DNA from: an uncultured Acetobacteraceae bacterium
GTDB lineage: Bacteria; Pseudomonadota; Alphaproteobacteria; Acetobacterales; Acetobacteraceae
Assembly (NCBI GenBank): GCA_964245505.1
Contig: CAXTOB010000002.1
Location: 1-55,633, forward strand
Length of the DNA stretch: 55,633 nucleotides
Direction: 5' to 3'
Part shown: positions 19,693 through 28,046 of the stretch, in pieces
How the letters are laid out: each line of letters begins with the position of its first letter
Position numbering within the stretch: the stretch's first letter is position 1
Notes under the pieces: model-generated
Databases searched by the model: none
Told to the model about the DNA's origin: nothing
Seen by the model: the letters and a program-made list of their open reading frames with translations, nothing else
Translations under genes and position numbers: made by a program

Positions 19693-20976
19693 TCAGCCCG
19701 GCCCATAGACCAGGTTCGGCAGCCAGAGCGACAGTTCCGGCACGTAGGTGATGATCCCCAAGCAGATCAGCAGCAGCAGCAGAAAGGGGAAGATGCCCCG
19801 CACCACCTCCATGATCGGCGCGGCGGACACGGTGGCGAGCACGTAAAGGTTCAGGCCCACCGGTGGATGGATCAGCGCGATCTCCATGTTGTGGGTGAAC
19901 ACGATCGCGAAGTGCACGGGATCGACCCCCAGCGGATGCAGCGCAGGCGCCAGTATCGGCATCACCACCAGCAGGGTCGCCGCAACCTCCAGGAAGCAGC
20001 CCAGCACCAGCAGCAGCACGTTGATGGTCAGCAGGAACTGCCAGGGCCGCAGGTGGTGGTCCAGGGTGAACTGCACCAGCCTGCCCGGCACGCCGGAGTC
20101 CGTCATCCAGTGGCCGAAGGCGAGCGCGGTGGCGACGATGATCATGATGGTGGCGGCGCTCTTGATGGCGTCGGCAATCACGCCCAGCGTTTCCGACAGT
20201 CGGAAGCCCCGGTAGAACACCAGGCTGACCAGCAAGGCCGTTGTCGCGGCAACCGCCGCCGACTCCGTAACGGTCATCAACCCGCCGTAGATGCCCACCA
20301 TGACGATGATCGGCACGCATAGGGCCGGCAGCGCATGCAGCGTGTTGCGCAGGGTCTGGCCGTGCGGCACCGCGGGCTCCCGCGGCAGCTTGTAGCGATA
20401 GGCGTAGAACAGCACCCAGGCGAAGAAGGTGGTGGCCTGCAGCAAACCCGGCAGGATCCCGGCCAGGAACAGCCGCGGCACCGACTGCTCCGCGATCAGC
20501 CCATACAGGATCAACGACAGGCTGGGCGGGATGACGATGCCGATGGTGCCGGAGGCGCCGACCACGCCCAGGGCGAAGTGCCGGGGATAGCCGCGCTCGA
20601 TCATCGCCGGCACCAGGATCGTGCCCATCGCCAGCGCGGTCGCCACCGACGAGCCGCAGATCGCCGCGAACACGGTGCAGGACACCACCGTGACCAGGCC
20701 AAGCGCCCCGCGCATCTGCCCGAACCAGCCCGTGGCCACGTCCACCAGCGCCTTGGCCACCCCGCCCCGGCGCATGAACGCCGCCGCCATCACGAACAGC
20801 GGCAGCGCCATCAGCGTGCTGGAATTCAGCTCGTCAACGATCTTCTGCGCGATGGAAACCAGCGGCTGTCCCGTGGCCGCGAACAGCCCGGCGGCGCTGA
20901 TGCCAAGCACCAGGAAGATCGGCATCCCGGCCGCGAGCAGGCCGAAGAACGCCACCAGGAAAATGATGATGAGCAT
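19693..20976 (-). CDS. dctM: TRAP transporter large permease subunit
   Basis: Start at MLIIIFLVAFFG (ATG 20976). 427-aa polytopic membrane protein of the DctM family. Convergent with the ligase gene, with a 4-bp gap. Confidence 0.9.
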   Translation of the reverse strand: MLIIIFLVAFFGLLAAGMPIFLVLGISAAGLFAATGQPLVSIAQKIVDELNSSTLMALPLFVMAAAFMRRGGVAKALVDVATGWFGQMRGALGLVTVVSCTVFAAICGSSVATALAMGTILVPAMIERGYPRHFALGVVGASGTIGIVIPPSLSLILYGLIAEQSVPRLFLAGILPGLLQATTFFAWVLFYAYRYKLPREPAVPHGQTLRNTLHALPALCVPIIVMVGIYGGLMTVTESAAVAATTALLVSLVFYRGFRLSETLGVIADAIKSAATIMIIVATALAFGHWMTDSGVPGRLVQFTLDHHLRPWQFLLTINVLLLVLGCFLEVAATLLVVMPILAPALHPLGVDPVHFAIVFTHNMEIALIHPPVGLNLYVLATVSAAPIMEVVRGIFPFLLLLLICLGIITYVPELSLWLPNLVYGPG

Positions 20977-20987
20977 GCCGGGAGCCG

Positions 20988-21503
20988 TCAGTGGTCTGGT
21001 GTCGCGATGACCATGGTCGCCGGGTCGAAGCGGAAAACATAGCGGTAAAGGCGGATCACGTAGCGGACCAGCATCAGGAACCCGCCGGCCAGCACGGAGG
21101 CGTAATACAGCCACATCGGGAACTCGAGGCCGGTGATGCTGCGCTCATCGAGATCGAAGGAACTCTGCGCCACCTCGAAGCCGCAATAGACCAGCCCGGC
21201 ACAGAACAGGATCGCAACGCAGCAATTGAACGCCTCCACCCAACGCTGGGCCTGAGGAGACAGCAGACGCAGCACGATGTCCGGCCGCACGTGACCATCG
21301 GTCCGCACCAGCTGGCTGCTGGCGAGGAACACTGCCCAGACGGTGAGATAGACCACCACCTCGTCACCGTACTGGAAGGCGATCCGCTGATCGACGTAGC
21401 GTCCGATGACCTGGTAGGTGCCGATCGCGAGGGCCATGGCACCGAGAACGCCGATAAGGGCGCGCTCGGTGAAGTTCCACACGCGCATCAATGCCGCACC
21501 CAC
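20988..21503 (-). CDS. dctQ: TRAP transporter small permease subunit
   Basis: 171-aa ORF with four hydrophobic segments, located between the dctP and dctM genes. Start is either GTG 21503 or ATG 21488. Confidence 0.8.
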   Translation of the reverse strand: MGAALMRVWNFTERALIGVLGAMALAIGTYQVIGRYVDQRIAFQYGDEVVVYLTVWAVFLASSQLVRTDGHVRPDIVLRLLSPQAQRWVEAFNCCVAILFCAGLVYCGFEVAQSSFDLDERSITGLEFPMWLYYASVLAGGFLMLVRYVIRLYRYVFRFDPATMVIATPDH

Positions 21504-21516
21504 GGAAGCGAACCGC

Positions 21517-22530
21517 TCAACTGCCGTTGAGCGACTTGTCGCCGTTCACCTGCTTCAACAGGTCCGGGGTGATACGCAGCTCCTTGGCGGTGGCATCCTG
21601 CATCGGCATCATCTTGGTGCGGATGTCGGCAAGCTCGTTGGGCGGCGGCGAGTAGAAGGCGATCCCGTTCGCCTCCAGCGTCTTGCGCGCCTGGGTCTGC
21701 GCCGCTTCCATTCCGTTGCGGTAGGCGCCGATGTTGTCCGTCCACACCTTAACGACCAGCGCCTGCAGGTCCGGCGGCAGCTTATTGTAGAAGCTGTCGC
21801 TGATCATCGGGATGTAGAAGCCGATGAACTCGTGGTCCTCGAACCCGTACTTCACCCCGGAATCCCAAAGCTTGGCGCTGGCCAGGCTTTCATCCGTCGA
21901 GCTCAGCCCGTCGAACGTGCCCTGCGACAGGGCGAGGGGGACATCCGGCCAGGCCGTCATGTTCGGCTGGGCATTGAAGAACTTGGCCCGGATCGCCTGT
22001 CCGGCGCCGCCCGAGTTGCGTATCTTCATGCCCGCCATATCCCCAAAGCCGCGGATCGGCTTGCTGGTGCTGTAGGTGTTCTGGTAGCCGAGCGGCAACC
22101 AGGGGCCGAGCAGCTTGACCGAAAGCTTGGCCTGCAACTCGTCATCGATCGCCTTGCCGATGCCGCCGTCCACCGCGGCATAGACGACTTGCGCCGGCTG
22201 ACCGAAGAAGGTCGGCAGCTGGAACACATCGGTGTCCGGCACGAAGCCGGTCAGCACCCAGCTGCCGGGCACGGCCATCTCGATCCCACCCTGCCGCAGG
22301 GCCTTGACCACGTCCCGGTCGCGGAACAGCTGGCCGCTGCTGAACAGCTCGGTCTGGATGCGTCCACCCGACAGGTCCTGCAGCTTCTTCAGATAGTCCG
22401 CCACCGCGACGGTGCGGGCATGGCTGGGGGACGTATCGACGGAGGCCCGCAGCTTGAACGTGGTCTGCGCCGGGCTGGCTTGGCTGAACAAGAGGCATAC
22501 CGCGGCGACCACCGCAAAGGTCCATCGCAT
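21517..22530 (-). CDS. dctP: TRAP transporter substrate-binding protein
   Basis: Start at MRWTFAVVAAVCLLF (ATG 22530) after GAGGGAGGG. Signal peptide plus a DctP-type binding-protein sequence. Confidence 0.9.
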   Translation of the reverse strand: MRWTFAVVAAVCLLFSQASPAQTTFKLRASVDTSPSHARTVAVADYLKKLQDLSGGRIQTELFSSGQLFRDRDVVKALRQGGIEMAVPGSWVLTGFVPDTDVFQLPTFFGQPAQVVYAAVDGGIGKAIDDELQAKLSVKLLGPWLPLGYQNTYSTSKPIRGFGDMAGMKIRNSGGAGQAIRAKFFNAQPNMTAWPDVPLALSQGTFDGLSSTDESLASAKLWDSGVKYGFEDHEFIGFYIPMISDSFYNKLPPDLQALVVKVWTDNIGAYRNGMEAAQTQARKTLEANGIAFYSPPPNELADIRTKMMPMQDATAKELRITPDLLKQVNGDKSLNGS

Positions 22531-22916
22531 GGTCAAATCCCTCCCTCTTGCCGGTTCGTTGACCGAACATGGCGCACATACAGTTCTGGACCGCAGTCCG
22601 GCCAGGCATCTTGCCGTTCTGCGAATAAGCAATTCAATATCAGGAATGCCGTTCGCGTCAACGTTGATGGTCCCTCCATGGTGCATGGGTAGGGCCAGGC
22701 GCCCTGCCCGTCCGGCACCGGTGCGGGATCTCACCCCTGGTCGGGAAGAATAGCCGGACTCGCCGCGGATCATGCCGGGCTGCCCGGCCGATGTCGGCCG
22801 GACCGCAATCGAGGCCGGCGAACCCTACAAAGAGCCGCAGAACCTGATCGCCCCCAAGCTCGGCGTGCCCTAGCTTTCCAGGATGGTGAACATGGACCTT
22901 GAAAGGTGAGCCGGCG

Positions 22917-23864
22917 ATGTCCCCTCCATACGGACGCGTCCTGGTGCTCGGCAACGCCGGTATCGACCTGTCCATCCCCCTCCCCCGCCTGCCGCAGCCC
23001 GGCGAAACGCTTGTAGGCGGCGCCCTGCGGCGCGCGCCCGGCGGCAAGGGGCTGAACCAGGCGGTCATGGCCGCGCGTACCGGGATGGAGGTGCGGTTCT
23101 GCGCACCTCTCGGCAACGACGCTGACGGCCGCTATGTGGAGGACCGGCTGCGCGCCGAGCCATTCGCGGCGCTGTGCCTGCCGCGCCCTGGCCCGCCCAC
23201 TGACGTATCCCTGCTCCTGGTGGCAGCCGACAGCGAGAACTGCATCGTCACCTCCGGCGCCTGCGCCGACGCGCTGCCGGTCGCGGAGGCCGAAAGCTTC
23301 GCCGCGGGATGCCGGCCCGGCGATGTCCTGCTGCTGCAAGGCAACCTGAGCCAGGCTGCGACGGTCGCCGCAGCCCGCATGGGCCGGCTAGGTGGGGCAC
23401 GGGTGCTGCTGAACACCGCACCTTTGCGCTGGCCGGTACAGCCGCTCCTGACGGAGTGCTGGGGCGTGGTCGCCAATGCCGTCGAAGCCAGGGAGATCAC
23501 CGGCCAGCAGGGGAACGAGGCCGCTGCCAGCTTGGCCGCATTGGGACCACGGCTTGCGGTGGTGACGTTGGGAGCGGGAGGATGCGTAGCCGCACCAGGC
23601 GGCCACTACCCGGCCCCAGCCTTACGGCCGGGGGACGACACCGGCGAGCCGATGGACAACACCGGCGAGCCGGTGGGCAGCACCGCCGAGCCAGTGGACA
23701 GCACCGGCGCTGGCGACGCGTTCTGCGGCGTGCTGGCATCGGCACTGGCCCGCGGACTGGAGCCGCAGGACGCCATCGCAGCCGCGCAGCGTGCAGCAGC
23801 CCAGACCGTCCGCCGCCACGGCGCCTTCGAGGCGTTGCCCGCACGGTTCCACCTGGTGGGCTAA
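22917..23864 (+). CDS. PfkB/ribokinase family carbohydrate kinase
   Basis: N-terminal GNAGIDL...GGKGLNQA. C-terminal DSTGAGDAF anion-hole motif. ATG 22917 lies 7 nt after AGGTGA. The ORF track begins at TTG 22899. Confidence 0.8.
   Translation: MSPPYGRVLVLGNAGIDLSIPLPRLPQPGETLVGGALRRAPGGKGLNQAVMAARTGMEVRFCAPLGNDADGRYVEDRLRAEPFAALCLPRPGPPTDVSLLLVAADSENCIVTSGACADALPVAEAESFAAGCRPGDVLLLQGNLSQAATVAAARMGRLGGARVLLNTAPLRWPVQPLLTECWGVVANAVEAREITGQQGNEAAASLAALGPRLAVVTLGAGGCVAAPGGHYPAPALRPGDDTGEPMDNTGEPVGSTAEPVDSTGAGDAFCGVLASALARGLEPQDAIAAAQRAAAQTVRRHGAFEALPARFHLVG
23634..23717 (+). repeat. 4 x 21-bp in-frame tandem repeat ending in the PfkB GAGD motif
   Basis: gacgacaccggcgagccgatg / gacaacaccggcgagccggtg / ggcagcaccgccgagccagtg / gacagcaccggcgctggcgac. 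Encodes DDTGEPM-DNTGEPV-GSTAEPV-DSTGAGD. Confidence 0.85.
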
Positions 23865-24012
23865 CCCATCTCCCATCCCGGCCAGCGCCGCAGTTTCGCG
23901 GTCGCCGTTCGGCGCCTGGTCCCGATGTGCAAAGACAGGAGCAGATTGCCGCCGGGTCCGGACGCATCGCAACCGGACCTGACACTGCAAGTCCCTGCTT
24001 GCAAACAAAAAC

Positions 24013-24072
24013 CCAAGCAGCCTTGCGCGGCCTTTCACACAGATGGCCGGTGACCGTGCAAGCCTGCTTAGC
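24013..24072. repeat. F3 palindromic intergenic repeat, copy A
   Basis: ccaagcagccttgcgcgg...gtgcaagcctgcttagc. Arms are complementary, and a related copy lies at 48134-48193. Located between the convergent kinase genes. Confidence 0.5.
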
Positions 24073-24154
24073 TTTTTATCGGTGTGCAGAACCTCCAAAG
24101 GTTCGCCTCGACCTATTTACGTCCACTCAGGACGTAAGCAGGTCTAGTCCTAGC

Positions 24155-25222
24155 CTACTCCTCCTTGGAGGTCCGATTGGTGAAGCGGGCGTTGCCCAGC
24201 CCAGTGCCGATGGTCATCACGCCCCAGTGCTCCACGTCCCGCATGAACGGCGCCTCGCTCAAGCCCTGTACGACCGCGTCGTTATGCATCAGCACCACCG
24301 TCTCATGTCCGGCGATGGTGGGGATTGCCCGATGCAGAAGCTGCGGCACGTTGAAGCTTTCATGCTCCCAGTCGCCGGGCAGGTTCTGGCCGCCCTTGCA
24401 GATCGACCCATCCTCCCGGATCAAGCCCGGGCAGCCAACCCCGATGAACGGAGCCAGGCGCAAGCCCTGCTTATCAGCGCGCTTGATCGCCGACCGCAGC
24501 ATGCCGGCCATCCGTCCGACCGCGTCCTCCCGATCGGGATCATCATCTGCGTGACGCCACAGCTCGGACGCCGAGACCGTGCTCCGCGACAGGTCGGGCG
24601 CCTTGCGCAGATTGAGCTCGACAATCCCAACCCGGATGTTCGAGCCGCCGATGTCCACCGCCAGGATGCCGTCATGACCCGAAAACGCCCAGGACGGCAC
24701 CAGGTGGATGCACCCGATCAGGCCCGCCTCGTCCGGGTCGTGCCGGATCGGCGTCAACTGGATATCGTGCCCGGTGCCTTTCAAAATCACGGACGTCCGG
24801 CCGATGGCAAGCTCGCCGATGCGGCTATCCCGCAACCCTCCGCCGACAACGATCCGCTGGGTGCCCTGCCAGTCGTCCAGCCGCAGGAAACGGCTGATCA
24901 CGGTCGCGAACTCCTGGGCAAACTCCTCGATCGCGCCGAGAAGCACCCCGGCCGCCTCCGGGTCGCCGTCCAGCAGCAGGCGGTCGAGCTTCTTCTTGCT
25001 GATGTCCTTGCTGGGCACGTCCCCAACCGGATCGTCATCAATTTGGCTCACGCGCTCCCGCATGTCGTCCAGGATGGAGCGAAACGCCCGCCCGCTCGCA
25101 CGGTCGCCGATAAAGCCGGCTTCATCGCGCAGCTCGGCATTGTAGGTGTCGATGTGCACGGCGGCCAAACGCCCGGCGCCATGGCCGGCGAGGCTGGATA
25201 CCAATGGTTCAGCTTGGGTCAA
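24155..25222 (-). CDS. ROK/ASKHA-type sugar-kinase-like protein with an apparently permuted domain order
   Basis: AVDIGGSNIRVG (phosphate-1), GVGCPG, NDAVVQG and TIGTGLG lie in the C-terminal half. IVVGGGL and DEAGLIGC, normally C-terminal in this family, lie in the N-terminal half. The start (TTG 25222) is uncertain. Confidence 0.7.
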   Translation of the reverse strand: MTQAEPLVSSLAGHGAGRLAAVHIDTYNAELRDEAGFIGDRASGRAFRSILDDMRERVSQIDDDPVGDVPSKDISKKKLDRLLLDGDPEAAGVLLGAIEEFAQEFATVISRFLRLDDWQGTQRIVVGGGLRDSRIGELAIGRTSVILKGTGHDIQLTPIRHDPDEAGLIGCIHLVPSWAFSGHDGILAVDIGGSNIRVGIVELNLRKAPDLSRSTVSASELWRHADDDPDREDAVGRMAGMLRSAIKRADKQGLRLAPFIGVGCPGLIREDGSICKGGQNLPGDWEHESFNVPQLLHRAIPTIAGHETVVLMHNDAVVQGLSEAPFMRDVEHWGVMTIGTGLGNARFTNRTSKEE

Positions 25223-25458
25223 AAGGGTGCAACCATCTGCAAGGTGTTTCGGGGGGACTAGTCAGGTAGGCCGGTCAGTGGGCAACACTCCCTGGGCGGT
25301 CCAATGCGCCCGCGGGCTTCGCCGTATAGGATGACGAAGATTCGTGGGCCAAACCGGCGGGTTCCGCGATGTTGGATGGGAGCCCGGCTGGTCGCGGGTC
25401 CGGCGCGGTGGGCTTCATGCATCGCCCGCCACGTCCTTCACCGGAGCCGGTCCAGCCA

Positions 25459-26025
25459 TCATCCGGACTTGCACTGGCGTTGGCCGCATGTCGCAAGCTT
25501 CCAGACGCAGTTAAGTGCGGCGCGTGCCACGTCCGCGGCACGGCGCGGGAAGCAGGGCTCGGACCGCGTCAGGATGTCCGGCAAACCAGCGATGCAAGGC
25601 GGCCTGGCGCCATGGAGCAGCTCTCCCCTGCGCGGCCCCGGTATCGGCGCCATTACCAGCAGCGCGTCAAGCAGCGTGGGAAAACGCATCGTCAAGCCCA
25701 CGCAATCGATCAACTGGACTGCCGCGTCCAGGGCCTGGATCGCAAAGGCAGGCAACTGCTGCCCCGGCAGGTGGACCAGGATCAGCTCCCCGCCATGATC
25801 CCCATCCATGGCCACGGACACCCGGTATCCCCCTGGCCGTGCCAGGCTGGCCCAGCGCAGCGCAAGCTCGTGGTCCCCAATGGGAAAGGCACAGGCCTCG
25901 CGGCACGCCGCGCCGTAGCGCAGCGCCTTGCGGTAGCCGTCATGGGCATTGGGCTGCGTTATGGACAAGGGCTGCGTCACCAAAAGGCCAGGCCGGATCC
26001 GTGCAGTAGGACACCTCGGCCCCAT
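25459..26025 (-). CDS. Hypothetical protein (weak call)
   Basis: 188-aa ATG-initiated ORF with non-repetitive composition. No recognisable motif. Third-position GC does not clearly separate it from the other frames. Confidence 0.25.
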   Translation of the reverse strand: MGPRCPTARIRPGLLVTQPLSITQPNAHDGYRKALRYGAACREACAFPIGDHELALRWASLARPGGYRVSVAMDGDHGGELILVHLPGQQLPAFAIQALDAAVQLIDCVGLTMRFPTLLDALLVMAPIPGPRRGELLHGARPPCIAGLPDILTRSEPCFPRRAADVARAALNCVWKLATCGQRQCKSG

Positions 26026-26734
26026 ACCCGTCCAGGGCGCAGCGGACCGGCTGCGGCCAACACCGCCGGCCGGGTTCGCTCGGCCGGTTTCCTCTGCCGC
26101 GCTGTCATCAGGCGTCTTGGATCAAGGCCCGGCATCCCGTCACAGTCCCATGTGATAGTCGGAAGCATGCCCTCTCCGCGGGTGGCAGGCAAAGCTTCCG
26201 CCATGCCGGAGCCAGTATTCGGGTTGTCGCTTCGGAGCAGCGTTGCTGCCGGCACATCAGCGAGGTGGTCGTTAAGGGACAAGGGCAGCTCCTGATGCGG
26301 ACAGGGTCTTACGGCGTTGCTGGCCCGGCATGCGGGCAAGCCATGGCGCAGTGCGGCGCCAAGGGGAACCAGACGCGGCAGCGTGCCTGCCCACCGCCCT
26401 GATCCCACGAAAAGTTAAGGAAGCGCGAGTAAGCGTTCGATGTGCGGAGAAGCTTCGCGGCATAAACCCGTCATATACTCAAGCCGTGAAAACAGGGCCG
26501 CCCCCTGTGGCGCTGACCATCGTGGCGGTGACCGCAACGCCTCGCCGCGGTTCAGATTGCGCCGCAGGCACGCAAGACAGGTCAGCCCGGCCTCCCGAAA
26601 AGCACACAATCTCGATGCGTGTTGGAACGGACGCACTCGGCCCCATTCTCCTGAGATGTCAACCAGTCCCAGACAGGCCCGATCAACTGTTGAAGTTGGC
26701 ACGGGATCAGCCTGCTCCCAGCCGTCCTAGCGTG

Positions 26735-27925
26735 ATGATCCAATCCCTCGCCGTCATTCTCGCGCTGATCCTGCTGGCCGTCACCCTGCAAGACGCCTTC
26801 GAGGTCATGCTGCTGCCGCGCCGGATCAACCGGCGGTTCCGGTTCATGCGGGTGTACTTCAGAGCATGCTGGGCGGTATGGGGCGCCCTTGCCCGGCATA
26901 TCAAGAATCCCCCGCGGCAGGAGCATGTGCTGAGCCTGTTCGGCCCCCTATCCATGCTGCTGCTGTTCGCGCTCTGGGCCGGCACGCTGATCGGCGGCTT
27001 CGGCCTGCTGGAATGGGCGCTGCAGGGTTCCAACGCCTCCCCGCTGATGGAACAGGCCTACATGAGCGGCGTGACCTTCTTCACCTTGGGCTATGGCGAC
27101 GTGGTCCCGCACACCGGCGCCGCCCGGCTCATGGCGGTGCTGGAGGCGGGGACCGGCATCGGCTTCATCGCCGTCGTGATCGGCTACCTGCCGGTGCTCT
27201 ACCAGCTATTCTCCCGGCGCGAGGCGCACGTGATCCAGTTGGACGCACGCGCCGGGTCGCCGCCCACAGCCGTTGCCATGCTGTGCCGCCATGCCGACGG
27301 CGGCGGCATGGACAAGGTGGACCCGCTGCTGCGCGAATGGGAGGTGTGGGGGTCGGAGCTGCTGGAAAGCCACCTGTCCTACCCGATGCTGGCCTACTAC
27401 CGGTCCCAGCACGACAACCAGAGTTGGCTGGCCGCCCTGGCGGTGATGATGGACGTTTGCGCAATGATTTTGGTGGGGATGGAGACGATCCCGCCCTTCC
27501 AGGCCCGCATGACCTTCAGCATGACCCGGCAGGTCCTGGTCGAGATGGCGGGATCCTTCCTGATCGAGCCTAGCCGCTACGACAACAAGGACCGGCTGCC
27601 GCTCGAAGTCTGGCACCGCATAATGGTGGAGTTCGCTGAGGCGGGCGTCGCTTGGACCGACAACCCCAGCACCCGTGACACCCTGGCCGCATTGCGCGCG
27701 ACCTACGAGCCGCTGTTGGACGGCTTGTCCCGCCGGCTGCTGCTGCCCCTGCCGGGCTGGATGCCCGAAGACAGGGTGGTGGATCATTGGGCGCGGGGCC
27801 ATCGCGGCCTGATCGCGTCCCGGCTGATAGAGGGGCTGACCGACCGGTCCGACCCCAAGCTGGTCCCGGCGGGACGGAGTGGGCCACTGTGGCGGCGGCT
27901 GCGGCAGAGCCTGCGAGAGGACTGA
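26735..27925 (+). CDS. Potassium channel family protein (2TM/P-loop) with a ~250-aa uncharacterised C-terminal region
   Basis: Selectivity filter TLGYGD flanked by hydrophobic helices. Start set at MIQSLAVILAL (ATG 26735). The ORF track begins at 26330. Confidence 0.8.
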   Translation: MIQSLAVILALILLAVTLQDAFEVMLLPRRINRRFRFMRVYFRACWAVWGALARHIKNPPRQEHVLSLFGPLSMLLLFALWAGTLIGGFGLLEWALQGSNASPLMEQAYMSGVTFFTLGYGDVVPHTGAARLMAVLEAGTGIGFIAVVIGYLPVLYQLFSRREAHVIQLDARAGSPPTAVAMLCRHADGGGMDKVDPLLREWEVWGSELLESHLSYPMLAYYRSQHDNQSWLAALAVMMDVCAMILVGMETIPPFQARMTFSMTRQVLVEMAGSFLIEPSRYDNKDRLPLEVWHRIMVEFAEAGVAWTDNPSTRDTLAALRATYEPLLDGLSRRLLLPLPGWMPEDRVVDHWARGHRGLIASRLIEGLTDRSDPKLVPAGRSGPLWRRLRQSLRED

Positions 27926-28046
27926 CCCGCTCGGCACGGCATAACTTGGGGTCTTCGAGTGCCGTACCTGGGCGGCCTCTACCGTCACGGACGGGATCAC
28001 ACCATCGATCCGCAGGACCGCTTGTCACCCCACCTCAACCAGTCCA

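Noticed and set aside
18069-19706. 545-aa minus-strand ORF
   Set aside because: It is antisense to the acyl-CoA synthetase, which carries the AMP-binding motif. It is a shadow ORF.
23309-25261. 650-aa plus-strand ORF
   Set aside because: It spans the PfkB 3' end, the spacer and the antisense of the ROK-like gene. It is Arg/Pro/Gly-rich with no domain signature.
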